Below are positions 27,102 to 40,824 of a stretch of 64,000 nt of DNA, piece by piece. The notes beneath the pieces were generated by a model. It made no database searches. It was not told the DNA's origin and saw nothing but the letters and a program-made list of their open reading frames with translations. Position 1 is the first letter of the stretch. Each line of letters begins with the position of its first letter. A program made the position numbers and the translations under genes. The stretch is from Escherichia coli (GTDB lineage: Bacteria > Pseudomonadota > Gammaproteobacteria > Enterobacterales > Enterobacteriaceae): NCBI RefSeq assembly GCF_003334305.1, contig NZ_QOWS01000013.1; one strand, given 5' to 3'.

Positions 27102-27950
27102 ATGAAACTCTTTGCCCAGGGTACTTCACTGGACCTTAGCCATCCTCACGTAATGGGGATCCTCAACGTCACGCCTGATTCCTTTTCGGATGGTGGCACG
27201 CATAACTCGCTGATAGATGCGGTGAAACATGCGAATCTGATGATCAATGCTGGCGCGACGATCATTGACGTTGGTGGCGAGTCCACGCGCCCAGGGGCGG
27301 CGGAAGTTAGCGTTGAAGAAGAGTTGCAACGTGTTATTCCTGTGGTTGAGGCAATTGCTCAACGCTTCGAAGTCTGGATCTCGGTCGATACATCCAAACC
27401 AGAAGTCATCCGTGAGTCAGCGAAAGTTGGCGCTCACATTATTAATGATATCCGCTCCCTTTCCGAACCTGGCGCTCTGGAGGCGGCTGCAGAAACCGGT
27501 TTACCGGTTTGTCTGATGCATATGCAGGGAAATCCAAAAACCATGCAGGAAGCTCCGAAGTATGACGATGTCTTTGCAGAAGTGAATCGCTACTTTATTG
27601 AGCAAATAGCACGTTGCGAGCAGGCGGGTATCGCAAAAGAGAAATTGTTGCTCGACCCCGGATTCGGTTTCGGTAAAAATCTCTCCCATAACTATTCATT
27701 ACTGGCGCGCCTGGCTGAATTTCACCATTTCAACCTGCCGCTGTTGGTGGGTATGTCACGAAAATCGATGATTGGGCAGCTGCTGAACGTGGGGCCGTCC
27801 GAGCGCCTGAGCGGTAGTCTGGCCTGTGCGGTCATTGCCGCAATGCAAGGCGCGCACATCATTCGTGTTCATGACGTCAAAGAAACCGTAGAAGCGATGC
27901 GGGTGGTGGAAGCCACTCTGTCTGCAAAGGAAAACAAACGCTATGAGTAA
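27102..27950 (+). CDS. folP: Dihydropteroate synthase FolP, 282 aa
   Basis: Start at the internal Met [12 protein letters not shown]; pterin-binding motif [13 protein letters not shown]. Confidence 0.95.
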
Positions 27951-29280
27951 TCGTAAATATTTCGGTACCGATGGGATTCGTGGTCGTGTAGGGGATGCGC
28001 CGATCACACCTGATTTTGTGCTTAAGCTGGGTTGGGCCGCGGGTAAAGTGCTGGCGCGCCACGGCTCCCGTAAGATTATTATTGGTAAAGACACGCGTAT
28101 TTCTGGCTATATGCTGGAGTCAGCACTGGAAGCGGGTCTGGCGGCAGCGGGCCTTTCCGCACTCTTCACTGGCCCGATGCCAACACCGGCCGTGGCTTAT
28201 CTGACGCGTACCTTCCGCGCAGAGGCCGGAATTGTGATATCTGCATCGCATAACCCGTTCTACGATAATGGCATTAAATTCTTCTCTATCGACGGCACCA
28301 AACTGCCGGATGCGGTAGAAGAGGCCATCGAAGCGGAAATGGAAAAGGAGATCAGCTGCGTTGATTCGGCAGAACTGGGTAAAGCCAGCCGTATCGTTGA
28401 TGCCGCGGGTCGCTATATCGAGTTTTGCAAAGCCACGTTCCCGAACGAACTTAGCCTCAGTGAACTGAAGATTGTGGTGGATTGTGCAAACGGTGCGACT
28501 TATCACATCGCGCCGAACGTGCTGCGCGAACTGGGGGCGAACGTTATCGCTATCGGTTGTGAGCCAAACGGTGTAAACATCAATGCCGAAGTGGGGGCTA
28601 CCGACGTTCGCGCGCTCCAGGCTCGTGTGCTGGCTGAAAAAGCGGATCTCGGTATTGCCTTCGACGGCGATGGCGATCGCGTGATTATGGTTGACCATGA
28701 AGGCAATAAAGTCGATGGCGATCAGATCATGTATATCATCGCGCGTGAAGGTCTTCGTCAGGGCCAGCTGCGTGGTGGCGCTGTGGGTACATTGATGAGC
28801 AACATGGGGCTTGAACTGGCGCTGAAACAGTTAGGAATTCCATTTGCGCGCGCGAAAGTGGGTGACCGCTACGTACTGGAAAAAATGCAGGAGAAAGGCT
28901 GGCGTATCGGTGCAGAGAATTCCGGTCATGTGATCCTGCTGGATAAAACTACTACCGGTGACGGCATCGTTGCTGGCTTGCAGGTGCTGGCGGCGATGGC
29001 ACGTAACCATATGAGCCTGCACGACCTTTGCAGCGGCATGAAAATGTTCCCGCAGATTCTGGTTAACGTACGTTACACCGCAGGTAGCGGCGATCCACTT
29101 GAGCATGAGTCAGTTAAAGCCGTGACCGCAGAGGTTGAAGCTGCGCTGGGCAACCGTGGACGCGTGTTGCTGCGTAAATCCGGCACCGAACCGTTAATTC
29201 GCGTGATGGTGGAAGGCGAAGACGAAGCGCAGGTGACTGAATTTGCACACCGCATCGCCGATGCAGTAAAAGCCGTTTAA
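27943..29280 (+). CDS. glmM: Phosphoglucosamine mutase GlmM, 445 aa
   Basis: Active-site motif SASHNP in the translation; 8-nt overlap with folP. Confidence 0.96.
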
Positions 29281-29298
29281 AGCGTTAGATAACTGGCT

Positions 29299-29327
29299 AA
29301 AAAGGCGGCGATTGTCGCCTTTTTTCT
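29299..29327 (+). terminator. Rho-independent terminator after glmM
   Basis: Hairpin GGCGGCGATTGTCGCC followed by T6. Confidence 0.7.
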
Positions 29328-29507
29328 CAGCGAACACATCGGTTTTGCTGTTTTTTTCCGCAGTTGATACAATGCGATAAAATTGCCCTTGCGAAGGTCA
29401 TTCGCTTTGGTTAGTATTCACACCCGCTTCAGTGGGAAAGATTAAAAACTCCCGCTTTATTGGTTGAAGCATTGGTACGCGGCAACTCCGCAAGGAACAG
29501 GTTGATT

Positions 29508-29840
29508 ATGTACGAAGCTCTTTTAGTAGTTTTCCTTATTGTGGCAATTGGCCTTGTTGGTCTGATCATGCTGCAGCAAGGTAAAGGCGCTGATATGGGA
29601 GCCTCCTTCGGAGCAGGCGCTTCCGCTACGCTGTTTGGTTCAAGTGGTTCTGGTAACTTCATGACCCGCATGACGGCGCTGCTGGCAACGTTATTCTTCA
29701 TCATCAGTCTGGTGCTGGGTAACATCAATAGCAACAAAACCAATAAAGGTAGCGAATGGGAAAATCTGAGTGCACCGGTGAAAACCGAACAAACCCAACC
29801 AGCTGCTCCGGCTAAGCCGACCAGCGATATCCCGAACTAA
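29508..29840 (+). CDS. secG: Protein translocase subunit SecG, 110 aa
   Basis: Start at the internal Met MYEALLVVFLIVAIGLVGLIML; ORF-track start at 29460 rejected. Confidence 0.95.
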   Translation: MYEALLVVFLIVAIGLVGLIMLQQGKGADMGASFGAGASATLFGSSGSGNFMTRMTALLATLFFIISLVLGNINSNKTNKGSEWENLSAPVKTEQTQPAAPAKPTSDIPN

Positions 29841-29854
29841 AAAGTAGTATCCGT

Positions 29855-29941
29855 GCCGAGGTGGTGGAATTGGTAGACACGCTACCTTGAGGTGGTAGTG
29901 CCCAATAGGGCTTACGGGTTCAAGTCCCGTCCTCGGTACCA
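29855..29941 (+). tRNA. leuU: tRNA-Leu (anticodon GAG), 87 nt, class II with long variable arm
   Basis: Sequence GCCGAGGTGGTGGAATTGGTAGACACGCTACCTTGAGGTGGTAG...GTCCTCGGTACCA with the anticodon loop CTTGAGG and an encoded CCA end. Confidence 0.95.
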
Positions 29942-29950
29942 AATTCCAGA

Positions 29951-29978
29951 AAAGAGACGCTGAAAAGCGTCTTTTTTC
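29951..29978 (+). terminator. Rho-independent terminator after leuU
   Basis: Hairpin AGACGCTGAAAAGCGTCT followed by T6. Confidence 0.75.
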
Positions 29979-30397
29979 GTTTTGGTCCTGGTCTGAGGAA
30001 TGGTTGTCAGGTATCTGTATCTCGTCCAGTTGCTTTACTCGTAGCTGGTACCTTGAAACGATGGTGCCGGTACGCCTTAGTTATAAACTTTTCCCTTCTG
30101 CTGACATAATTGGCACTTTATTGTGTCAACTCCAGTTCCGGTACGAATACGGATATGTTTACTTCTCGATAAACCATCCTGCTCCTGTCAGTATAACTAC
30201 TGATGGCTACGTTCTGCGTAATGTTTAGAGACGCATTGATAATGTTATTTAATTACTGAGAACAATGGCCGCATCATTTAAAAAGAAAAAACTAACAGTG
30301 TTTCGGTCTGATATGGATCAGAGTTGAAAAACATGTCTGATATAAAATTGAACATTGTTGATAATTGTTTATATTGGTTGTGAACTTGGATTTCTGG

Positions 30398-32023
30398 ATG
30401 ACAGTATTCAACAAATTTGCTAGAAGTTTTAAATCTCATTGGTTGTTGTATCTTTGTGTTATTGTTTTTGGTATTACGAACTTAGTCGCCTCTTCCGGAG
30501 CGCATATGGTTCAGCGATTGCTGTTCTTCGTCCTGACCATCCTGGTTGTTAAACGTATATCATCCCTTCCGCTTCGCCTGCTTGTTGCCGCACCATTTGT
30601 GTTACTGACTGCGGCAGACATGAGTATTAGCCTCTATTCATGGTGTACCTTTGGTACAACTTTCAATGATGGATTTGCGATTAGTGTGCTGCAGAGTGAT
30701 CCGGATGAAGTTGTCAAAATGCTGGGGATGTATATCCCTTATCTATGTGCTTTTGCTTTTTTATCCCTTCTTTTTTTGGCAGTAATAATAAAATATGATG
30801 TTTCCTTGCCGACAAAAAAAGTGACAGGAATATTATTGCTGATTGTCATTTCGGGCAGTTTATTTTCCGCTTGTCAATTTGCTTATAAAGATGCAAAAAA
30901 TAAAAAAGCGTTCAGTCCATATATACTAGCGTCGCGATTTGCTACCTATACGCCGTTTTTTAATCTCAACTATTTTGCTTTAGCAGCGAAAGAGCATCAA
31001 AGATTACTCTCAATTGCAAACACGGTGCCGTATTTTCAATTATCAGTCAGGGATACAGGTATTGATACCTACGTGTTGATTGTGGGGGAGTCTGTACGTG
31101 TCGACAATATGTCTTTGTATGGATATACACGCTCTACGACACCGCAAGTTGAAGCACAAAGAAAACAGATCAAACTGTTTAATCAAGCAATAAGCGGCGC
31201 ACCTTACACTGCGCTGTCGGTTCCCCTTTCTTTAACTGCTGATTCTGTTTTGAGTCATGACATTCATAATTACCCCGACAACATTATTAATATGGCTAAT
31301 CAAGCAGGATTTCAGACTTTCTGGCTAAGCTCGCAATCCGCTTTTCGGCAGAATGGTACAGCAGTTACCAGTATCGCCATGCGCGCCATGGAAACAGTCT
31401 ATGTCAGAGGATTTGATGAATTGTTGTTGCCGCATTTATCGCAAGCGTTACAGCAAAAGACGCAGCAAAAGAAACTGATTGTTCTTCATTTAAATGGAAG
31501 CCATGAACCGGCTTGTAGCGCCTATCCGCAATCCAGCGCCGTGTTTCAACCGCAGGACGATCAGGATGCCTGCTATGACAACTCCATTCATTACACAGAC
31601 AGTTTGCTAGGTCAGGTTTTTGAATTATTAAAAGATCGCCGCGCCTCGGTCATGTATTTTGCCGACCACGGCCTGGAACGCGACCCTACGAAGAAGAACG
31701 TCTATTTTCATGGAGGCAGGGAGGCCAGCCAGCAGGCATATCATGTCCCGATGTTTATCTGGTATAGCCCCGTTCTTGGGGATGGCGTGGATCGCACAAC
31801 AGAAAACGATATCTTTTCCACTGCGTACAATAATTACCTTATTAATGCGTGGATGGGGGTAACAAAGCCGGAACAGCCGCAAACGCTGGAGGAAGTGATT
31901 GCACACTATAAAGGAGACTCACGGGTTGTGGATGCAAACCATGATGTTTTCGATTATGTGATGCTCAGAAAGGAGTTTACAGAGGATAAGCAAGGTAACC
32001 CCACCCCTGAAGGGCAGGGTTGA
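30398..32023 (+). CDS. yhbX: Sulfatase / phosphoethanolamine-transferase-family inner membrane protein YhbX, 541 aa
   Basis: N-terminal TM segments followed by an alkaline-phosphatase-like domain; coding sequence is visibly AT-rich; start at the internal Met MTVFNKFARSF. Confidence 0.88.
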   Translation: MTVFNKFARSFKSHWLLYLCVIVFGITNLVASSGAHMVQRLLFFVLTILVVKRISSLPLRLLVAAPFVLLTAADMSISLYSWCTFGTTFNDGFAISVLQSDPDEVVKMLGMYIPYLCAFAFLSLLFLAVIIKYDVSLPTKKVTGILLLIVISGSLFSACQFAYKDAKNKKAFSPYILASRFATYTPFFNLNYFALAAKEHQRLLSIANTVPYFQLSVRDTGIDTYVLIVGESVRVDNMSLYGYTRSTTPQVEAQRKQIKLFNQAISGAPYTALSVPLSLTADSVLSHDIHNYPDNIINMANQAGFQTFWLSSQSAFRQNGTAVTSIAMRAMETVYVRGFDELLLPHLSQALQQKTQQKKLIVLHLNGSHEPACSAYPQSSAVFQPQDDQDACYDNSIHYTDSLLGQVFELLKDRRASVMYFADHGLERDPTKKNVYFHGGREASQQAYHVPMFIWYSPVLGDGVDRTTENDIFSTAYNNYLINAWMGVTKPEQPQTLEEVIAHYKGDSRVVDANHDVFDYVMLRKEFTEDKQGNPTPEGQG

Positions 32024-32030
32024 TGTCGAA

Positions 32031-33389
<1,359 letters not shown>

Positions 33390-33425
33390 TTAATTAACTG
33401 ATGATGAGCCTGGATTTCCGCTCTC

Positions 33426-33445
33426 ACTGAATTTTTATGCAAAAT
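33426..33445. promoter_or_regulatory. Putative ARG box (ArgR operator half of the argG control region)
   Basis: cTGAATttttATGCAaa fits the ARG-box consensus TGAAT-N4-ATTCA with one mismatch. Confidence 0.4.
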
Positions 33446-33559
33446 AAATGAGTTTTCATTTAATCATCTTTTATCGGAGACAGGAAGAGTTTAGTGTGTT
33501 TTTTGTAAAATAATGCGCTTAAGGGAGAGCAGGAGAAGGCAAAAGTATTCAACAAATGA

Positions 33560-33585
33560 AAGTGAATTGGATATTCATTCACGTG
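33560..33585. promoter_or_regulatory. Putative ARG box pair upstream of argG
   Basis: Palindromic gTGAATtggatATTCAttcac; on the argG strand it reads TGAATgaatATCCA, close to the ARG-box consensus. Confidence 0.4.
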
Positions 33586-33721
33586 ATTAGCAATAAACGT
33601 TGACAAAATGTGGCATGGATCACTATAATGCCTGCAGATTTTACGTCCCGTCTCGGTACACCAAATCCCAGCAGTATTTGCATCTTTTACCCAAAACGAG
33701 TAGAATTTGCCACGTTTCAGG

Positions 33722-33798
<77 letters not shown>

Positions 33799-33919
33799 CT
33801 TTCCCTTAGAGTCCTTTTTCAAATATACTGTGAAGACTTCGGCCTTCGTAGTGGGATTTGAAAAAATCCTTCTGGAAAGTGCTCCAGACCGCAGTTGCGG
33901 TTATAGGGTTCAGTTATAT

Positions 33920-33946
33920 AAAGCCCCGATTTATCGGGGTTTTTTG
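33920..33946 (+). terminator. Leader terminator/attenuator hairpin between metY and rimP
   Basis: Hairpin AGCCCCGATTTATCGGGGT followed by T6. Confidence 0.65.
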
Positions 33947-33967
33947 TTATCTGACTACAGAATAACT

Positions 33968-33987
33968 GGGCTTTAAGCCCTTTTTTT
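33968..33987 (+). terminator. Second hairpin with T tract immediately upstream of rimP
   Basis: GGGCTTTAAGCCC followed by T7; a tandem arrangement with the preceding hairpin. Confidence 0.45.
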
Positions 33988-34004
33988 ATGTCTTGGGGGT
34001 GGGC

Positions 34005-34457
34005 TTGTCCACATTAGAGCAAAAATTAACAGAGATGATTACTGCGCCAGTTGAGGCCCTGGGTTTTGAACTGGTTGGCATCGAATTTATTCGCGGTCGC
34101 ACATCCACACTGCGCATCTATATTGATAGTGAAGATGGCATCAATGTTGATGATTGTGCTGATGTGAGCCACCAGGTAAGTGCTGTGCTGGATGTTGAAG
34201 ATCCCATCACCGTTGCTTATAACCTGGAAGTCTCCTCACCGGGTCTCGATCGCCCACTGTTCACGGCTGAACACTACGCCCGTTTTGTCGGAGAAGAGGT
34301 GACTCTGGTTCTCCGTATGGCGGTACAAAACCGTCGTAAATGGCAGGGCGTTATCAAAGCGGTAGACGGTGAAATGATCACAGTTACCGTCGAAGGTAAA
34401 GATGAAGTGTTCGCGCTGAGTAATATCCAGAAGGCGAACCTGGTTCCCCACTTTTAA
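34005..34457 (+). CDS. rimP: Ribosome maturation factor RimP (YhbC), 150 aa, TTG start
   Basis: Translation (M)[24 protein letters not shown] beginning at a TTG codon; the ORF track begins at another TTG 12 nt upstream. Confidence 0.88.
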
Positions 34458-34484
34458 TAGTCTGGATGAGGTGAAAAGCCCGCG

Positions 34485-35972
<1,488 letters not shown>

Positions 35973-35996
35973 TAAACTGTAGCAGGAAGGAACAGC

Positions 35997-38669
35997 ATGA
36001 CAGATGTAACGATTAAAACGCTGGCCGCAGAGCGACAGACCTCCGTGGAACGCCTGGTACAGCAATTTGCTGATGCAGGTATCCGGAAGTCTGCTGACGA
36101 CTCTGTGTCTGCACAAGAGAAACAGACTTTGATTGACCACCTGAATCAGAAAAATTCAGGCCCGGACAAATTGACGCTGCAACGTAAAACACGCAGCACC
36201 CTTAACATTCCTGGTACCGGTGGAAAAAGCAAATCGGTACAAATCGAAGTCCGCAAGAAACGCACCTTTGTGAAACGCGATCCGCAAGAGGCTGAACGCC
36301 TTGCAGCGGAAGAGCAAGCGCAGCGTGAAGCGGAAGAGCAAGCCCGTCGTGAGGCAGAAGAATCGGCTAAACGCGAGGCGCAACAAAAAGCTGAACGTGA
36401 GGCCGCAGAACAAGCTAAGCGTGAAGCTGCTGAACAAGCGAAACGTGAAGCTGCGGAAAAAGACAAAGTGAGCAATCAACAAGACGATATGACTAAAAAC
36501 GCCCAGGCTGAAAAAGCCCGCCGTGAGCAGGAAGCTGCAGAGCTCAAGCGTAAAGCTGAAGAAGAAGCGCGTCGTAAACTCGAAGAAGAAGCACGTCGCG
36601 TTGCTGAAGAAGCACGTCGTATGGCGGAAGAAAACAAATGGACTGATAACGCGGAACCGACTGAAGATTCCAGCGATTATCATGTCACAACTTCTCAACA
36701 TGCTCGCCAGGCAGAAGACGAAAGCGATCGTGAAGTCGAAGGCGGCCGTGGCCGTGGTCGTAACGCGAAAGCAGCGCGTCCGAAGAAAGGCAACAAACAC
36801 GCTGAATCAAAAGCTGATCGTGAAGAAGCACGCGCAGCAGTACGTGGCGGTAAAGGCGGAAAACGTAAAGGTTCTTCCCTGCAGCAAGGCTTCCAGAAGC
36901 CAGCTCAGGCCGTTAACCGTGACGTTGTGATCGGCGAAACCATCACCGTTGGCGAACTGGCGAACAAGATGGCGGTTAAAGGCTCTCAGGTCATCAAAGC
37001 GATGATGAAACTGGGCGCAATGGCAACCATCAACCAGGTTATCGATCAGGAAACCGCACAGCTGGTTGCTGAAGAGATGGGCCACAAAGTTATCCTGCGT
37101 CGTGAAAACGAGCTGGAAGAGGCGGTAATGAGCGACCGTGACACGGGGGCTGCGGCTGAACCGCGCGCGCCGGTTGTGACCATCATGGGTCACGTTGACC
37201 ACGGTAAAACCTCTCTGCTGGACTACATTCGTTCAACGAAAGTGGCCTCTGGCGAAGCGGGCGGCATTACCCAGCACATTGGTGCATACCACGTTGAAAC
37301 TGAAAACGGCATGATCACCTTCCTGGACACCCCGGGGCACGCCGCGTTTACTTCAATGCGTGCACGTGGTGCGCAGGCAACGGACATCGTAGTCCTGGTT
37401 GTTGCTGCCGACGACGGCGTGATGCCGCAGACCATCGAAGCAATCCAGCACGCGAAAGCGGCGCAGGTACCGGTGGTGGTTGCAGTGAACAAGATCGATA
37501 AACCAGAAGCCGATCCGGATCGTGTTAAGAACGAACTCTCCCAGTATGGCATCCTGCCGGAAGAGTGGGGCGGTGAAAGCCAGTTCGTACACGTATCTGC
37601 GAAAGCGGGTACCGGTATCGATGAACTGCTGGACGCTATCCTGCTGCAGGCGGAAGTTCTGGAGCTAAAAGCGGTACGTAAAGGTATGGCGAGCGGTGCG
37701 GTTATCGAATCCTTCCTCGATAAAGGTCGTGGTCCGGTTGCTACCGTTCTGGTACGTGAAGGTACTCTGCACAAGGGCGATATCGTTCTGTGTGGCTTCG
37801 AATACGGTCGTGTTCGTGCGATGCGTAACGAACTGGGTCAGGAAGTGCTGGAAGCGGGTCCGTCCATTCCGGTGGAAATCCTCGGCCTGTCCGGCGTACC
37901 GGCTGCGGGTGATGAAGTTACCGTTGTACGTGACGAGAAGAAAGCGCGTGAAGTTGCACTGTATCGTCAGGGTAAATTCCGCGAAGTTAAACTGGCGCGT
38001 CAGCAGAAATCTAAACTCGAGAACATGTTCGCCAACATGACCGAAGGCGAAGTTCACGAAGTGAACATCGTCCTGAAGGCAGACGTACAGGGTTCTGTGG
38101 AAGCGATCTCCGACTCCTTGCTGAAACTGTCTACTGACGAAGTTAAAGTGAAGATCATCGGTTCTGGCGTAGGTGGTATCACCGAAACCGACGCCACCCT
38201 GGCTGCGGCGTCCAACGCCATCCTGGTTGGCTTCAACGTACGTGCTGATGCCTCTGCACGTAAAGTGATTGAAGCGGAAAGCCTGGATCTGCGTTACTAC
38301 TCCGTCATCTATAACCTGATTGACGAAGTGAAAGCGGCGATGAGCGGTATGCTGTCTCCGGAACTGAAACAGCAGATTATCGGTCTGGCGGAAGTTCGTG
38401 ACGTGTTCAAATCGCCGAAATTTGGTGCCATCGCAGGCTGTATGGTTACCGAAGGTGTGGTTAAACGTCACAACCCGATCCGCGTTCTGCGTGACAACGT
38501 GGTTATCTACGAAGGCGAGCTGGAGTCCCTGCGCCGCTTCAAAGATGACGTTAACGAAGTCCGTAACGGTATGGAATGTGGTATCGGCGTTAAGAACTAC
38601 AACGACGTCCGCACTGGCGATGTGATCGAAGTATTCGAAATCATCGAGATCCAACGTACCATCGCTTAA
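35997..38669 (+). CDS. infB: Translation initiation factor IF-2, 890 aa (alpha form)
   Basis: G domain motifs GHVDHGKT and DTPGH; repetitive Ala/Glu/Lys/Arg-rich N-terminal region. Confidence 0.97.
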
Positions 38670-38679
38670 GGTTTTTAGG

Positions 38680-38758
38680 GTTCCATGCGGGATAAGGCGT
38701 TTATGCCGCATCCGGCATGGATTGCCTGATGTGACGCTGGCGCGTCTTATCAGGCCAA
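38680..38758. repeat. REP/BIME-like palindromic elements in the infB-rbfA spacer
   Basis: GCCTGATGTGACGCTGGCGCGTCTTATCAGGCC and CGGGATAAGGCGTTTATGCCGCATCCGGC, both typical REP palindromes. Confidence 0.6.
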
Positions 38759-38790
38759 CGTGAACAGCCCTTCCACCTGAAATTAATTTT

Positions 38791-38817
38791 AAAAAGGGGC
38801 TAACAGCCCCTTTTTTG
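38791..38817 (+). terminator. Hairpin with T tract upstream of rbfA
   Basis: AAAAAGGGGCTAACAGCCCCTTTTTT. Confidence 0.55.
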
Positions 38818-38832
38818 TCAGGAGAATTTATT

Positions 38833-39234
38833 ATGGCGAAAGAATTTGGTCGCCCGCAGCGCGTAGCGCAGGAAATGCAAAAAGAGATCGCTCTCATCCT
38901 GCAGCGTGAAATTAAAGATCCTCGCCTGGGCATGATGACCACCGTTTCCGGTGTCGAAATGTCTCGCGACCTGGCGTATGCCAAAGTATATGTGACGTTC
39001 CTCAACGACAAAGATGAAGACGCGGTTAAAGCGGGCATCAAAGCGTTGCAAGAAGCTTCTGGTTTCATCCGCAGCCTGCTGGGGAAAGCGATGCGCCTGC
39101 GTATCGTGCCGGAACTGACCTTCTTCTACGACAACTCTCTGGTTGAAGGGATGCGCATGTCAAACCTGGTGACCAGCGTGGTCAAACATGACGAAGAACG
39201 TCGTGTTAACCCGGACGACAGCAAGGAGGACTAA
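38833..39234 (+). CDS. rbfA: Ribosome-binding factor A RbfA, 133 aa
   Basis: Start at the internal Met [20 protein letters not shown]; ORF-track start at 38815 rejected. Confidence 0.94.
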
Positions 39235-40178
39235 TGAGTCGTCCTCGTCGTCGCGGTCGCGACATTAACGGCGTTTTGTTGCTGGATAAATCGCAGGGTA
39301 TGTCCAGCAATGATGCGCTGCAAAAAGTGAAACGGATTTATAACGCCAACCGTGCCGGGCATACCGGTGCGCTGGACCCGCTGGCAACTGGCATGTTGCC
39401 AATTTGCCTCGGGGAAGCGACGAAGTTTTCCCAGTATCTGCTGGACTCCGACAAACGCTATCGGGTCATTGCGCGTCTTGGACAGCGTACCGATACTTCT
39501 GATGCCGACGGACAAATCGTTGAAGAACGTCCGGTAACCTTTAGCGCAGAGCAACTGGCGGCGGCGCTGGATACTTTCCGTGGCGATATCGAACAGATCC
39601 CTTCGATGTATTCAGCACTGAAATATCAGGGTAAAAAACTGTACGAATATGCGCGTCAGGGCATTGAAGTACCGCGTGAAGCGCGCCCGATTACCGTTTA
39701 TGAATTGCTGTTTATTCGCCACGAAGGCAATGAGCTGGAGCTGGAAATTCACTGCTCAAAAGGCACTTATATCCGCACCATCATTGATGACCTGGGTGAA
39801 AAACTCGGTTGTGGCGCGCATGTTATTTACCTGCGTCGTCTGGCGGTAAGTAAATATCCGGTTGAACGGATGGTGACCTTGGAACATCTGCGTGAACTGG
39901 TCGAACAAGCCGAACAGCAGGATATTCCGGCTGCGGAGTTACTTGATCCATTACTGATGCCAATGGACAGTCCAGCTTCGGACTACCCGGTGGTGAATCT
40001 TCCGTTAACGTCTTCTGTTTACTTCAAAAATGGTAACCCAGTTCGTACATCCGGTGCGCCGCTGGAAGGACTGGTTCGCGTTACAGAAGGTGAGAACGGC
40101 AAATTTATCGGTATGGGCGAAATTGACGATGAAGGCCGCGTTGCGCCTCGTCGCCTGGTGGTTGAATACCCGGCGTAA
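39234..40178 (+). CDS. truB: tRNA pseudouridine-55 synthase TruB, 314 aa
   Basis: Catalytic motif [14 protein letters not shown] in the translation. Confidence 0.96.
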   Translation: MSRPRRRGRDINGVLLLDKSQGMSSNDALQKVKRIYNANRAGHTGALDPLATGMLPICLGEATKFSQYLLDSDKRYRVIARLGQRTDTSDADGQIVEERPVTFSAEQLAAALDTFRGDIEQIPSMYSALKYQGKKLYEYARQGIEVPREARPITVYELLFIRHEGNELELEIHCSKGTYIRTIIDDLGEKLGCGAHVIYLRRLAVSKYPVERMVTLEHLRELVEQAEQQDIPAAELLDPLLMPMDSPASDYPVVNLPLTSSVYFKNGNPVRTSGAPLEGLVRVTEGENGKFIGMGEIDDEGRVAPRRLVVEYPA

Positions 40179-40230
40179 TGTTAACCGTCTTGCGATAACA
40201 GGTCGCTACGAGTAGAATACTGCCGCTTAA

Positions 40231-40596
<366 letters not shown>

Positions 40597-40611
40597 TTCT
40601 TGCGAGTTTCA

Positions 40612-40640
40612 GAAAAGGGGGCCTGAGTGGCCCCTTTTTT
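40612..40640 (+). terminator. rpsO rho-independent terminator
   Basis: Hairpin AAAAGGGGGCCTGAGTGGCCCC followed by T6. Confidence 0.75.
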
Positions 40641-40650
40641 CAAGCTGACG

Positions 40651-40824
40651 GCAGCAATTCACTGGAAACTAATGTATTGTTGCTATGAATGATCTTCCGT
40701 TGCAGAGGTTCGCGCGGCTAATGAGAGGCTTTACCCACATAGAGCTGGGTTAGGGTTGTCATTAGTCGCGAGGATGCGCAGAAGATCGGGTATTAACACC
40801 AGTGCCGTAAGGTACTGTCTAAGA
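40651..40824 (-). ncRNA. sraG: Possible SraG (PsrO) sRNA antisense in the rpsO-pnp spacer
   Basis: Placed from remembered K-12 position only; I cannot confirm the ends from sequence. Confidence 0.3.

Noticed and set aside
30004-30228. 74-aa ORF in the leuU-yhbX spacer
   Set aside because: No Shine-Dalgarno sequence, atypical composition, and it lies in the AT-rich yhbX upstream region, where random ORFs are expected.
36146-36800. Repetitive minus-strand ORFs (109 and 214 aa) and tandem repeats that could be mistaken for a repeat array
   Set aside because: The repeats are the codon-level reiteration in the infB N-terminal region; no spacer-repeat periodicity and no cas genes, so not CRISPR.
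37665-39068. 467-aa minus-strand ORF antisense to infB and rbfA
   Set aside because: Shadow ORF; it spans the infB-rbfA intergenic REP elements and terminator, which is implausible for a real gene.
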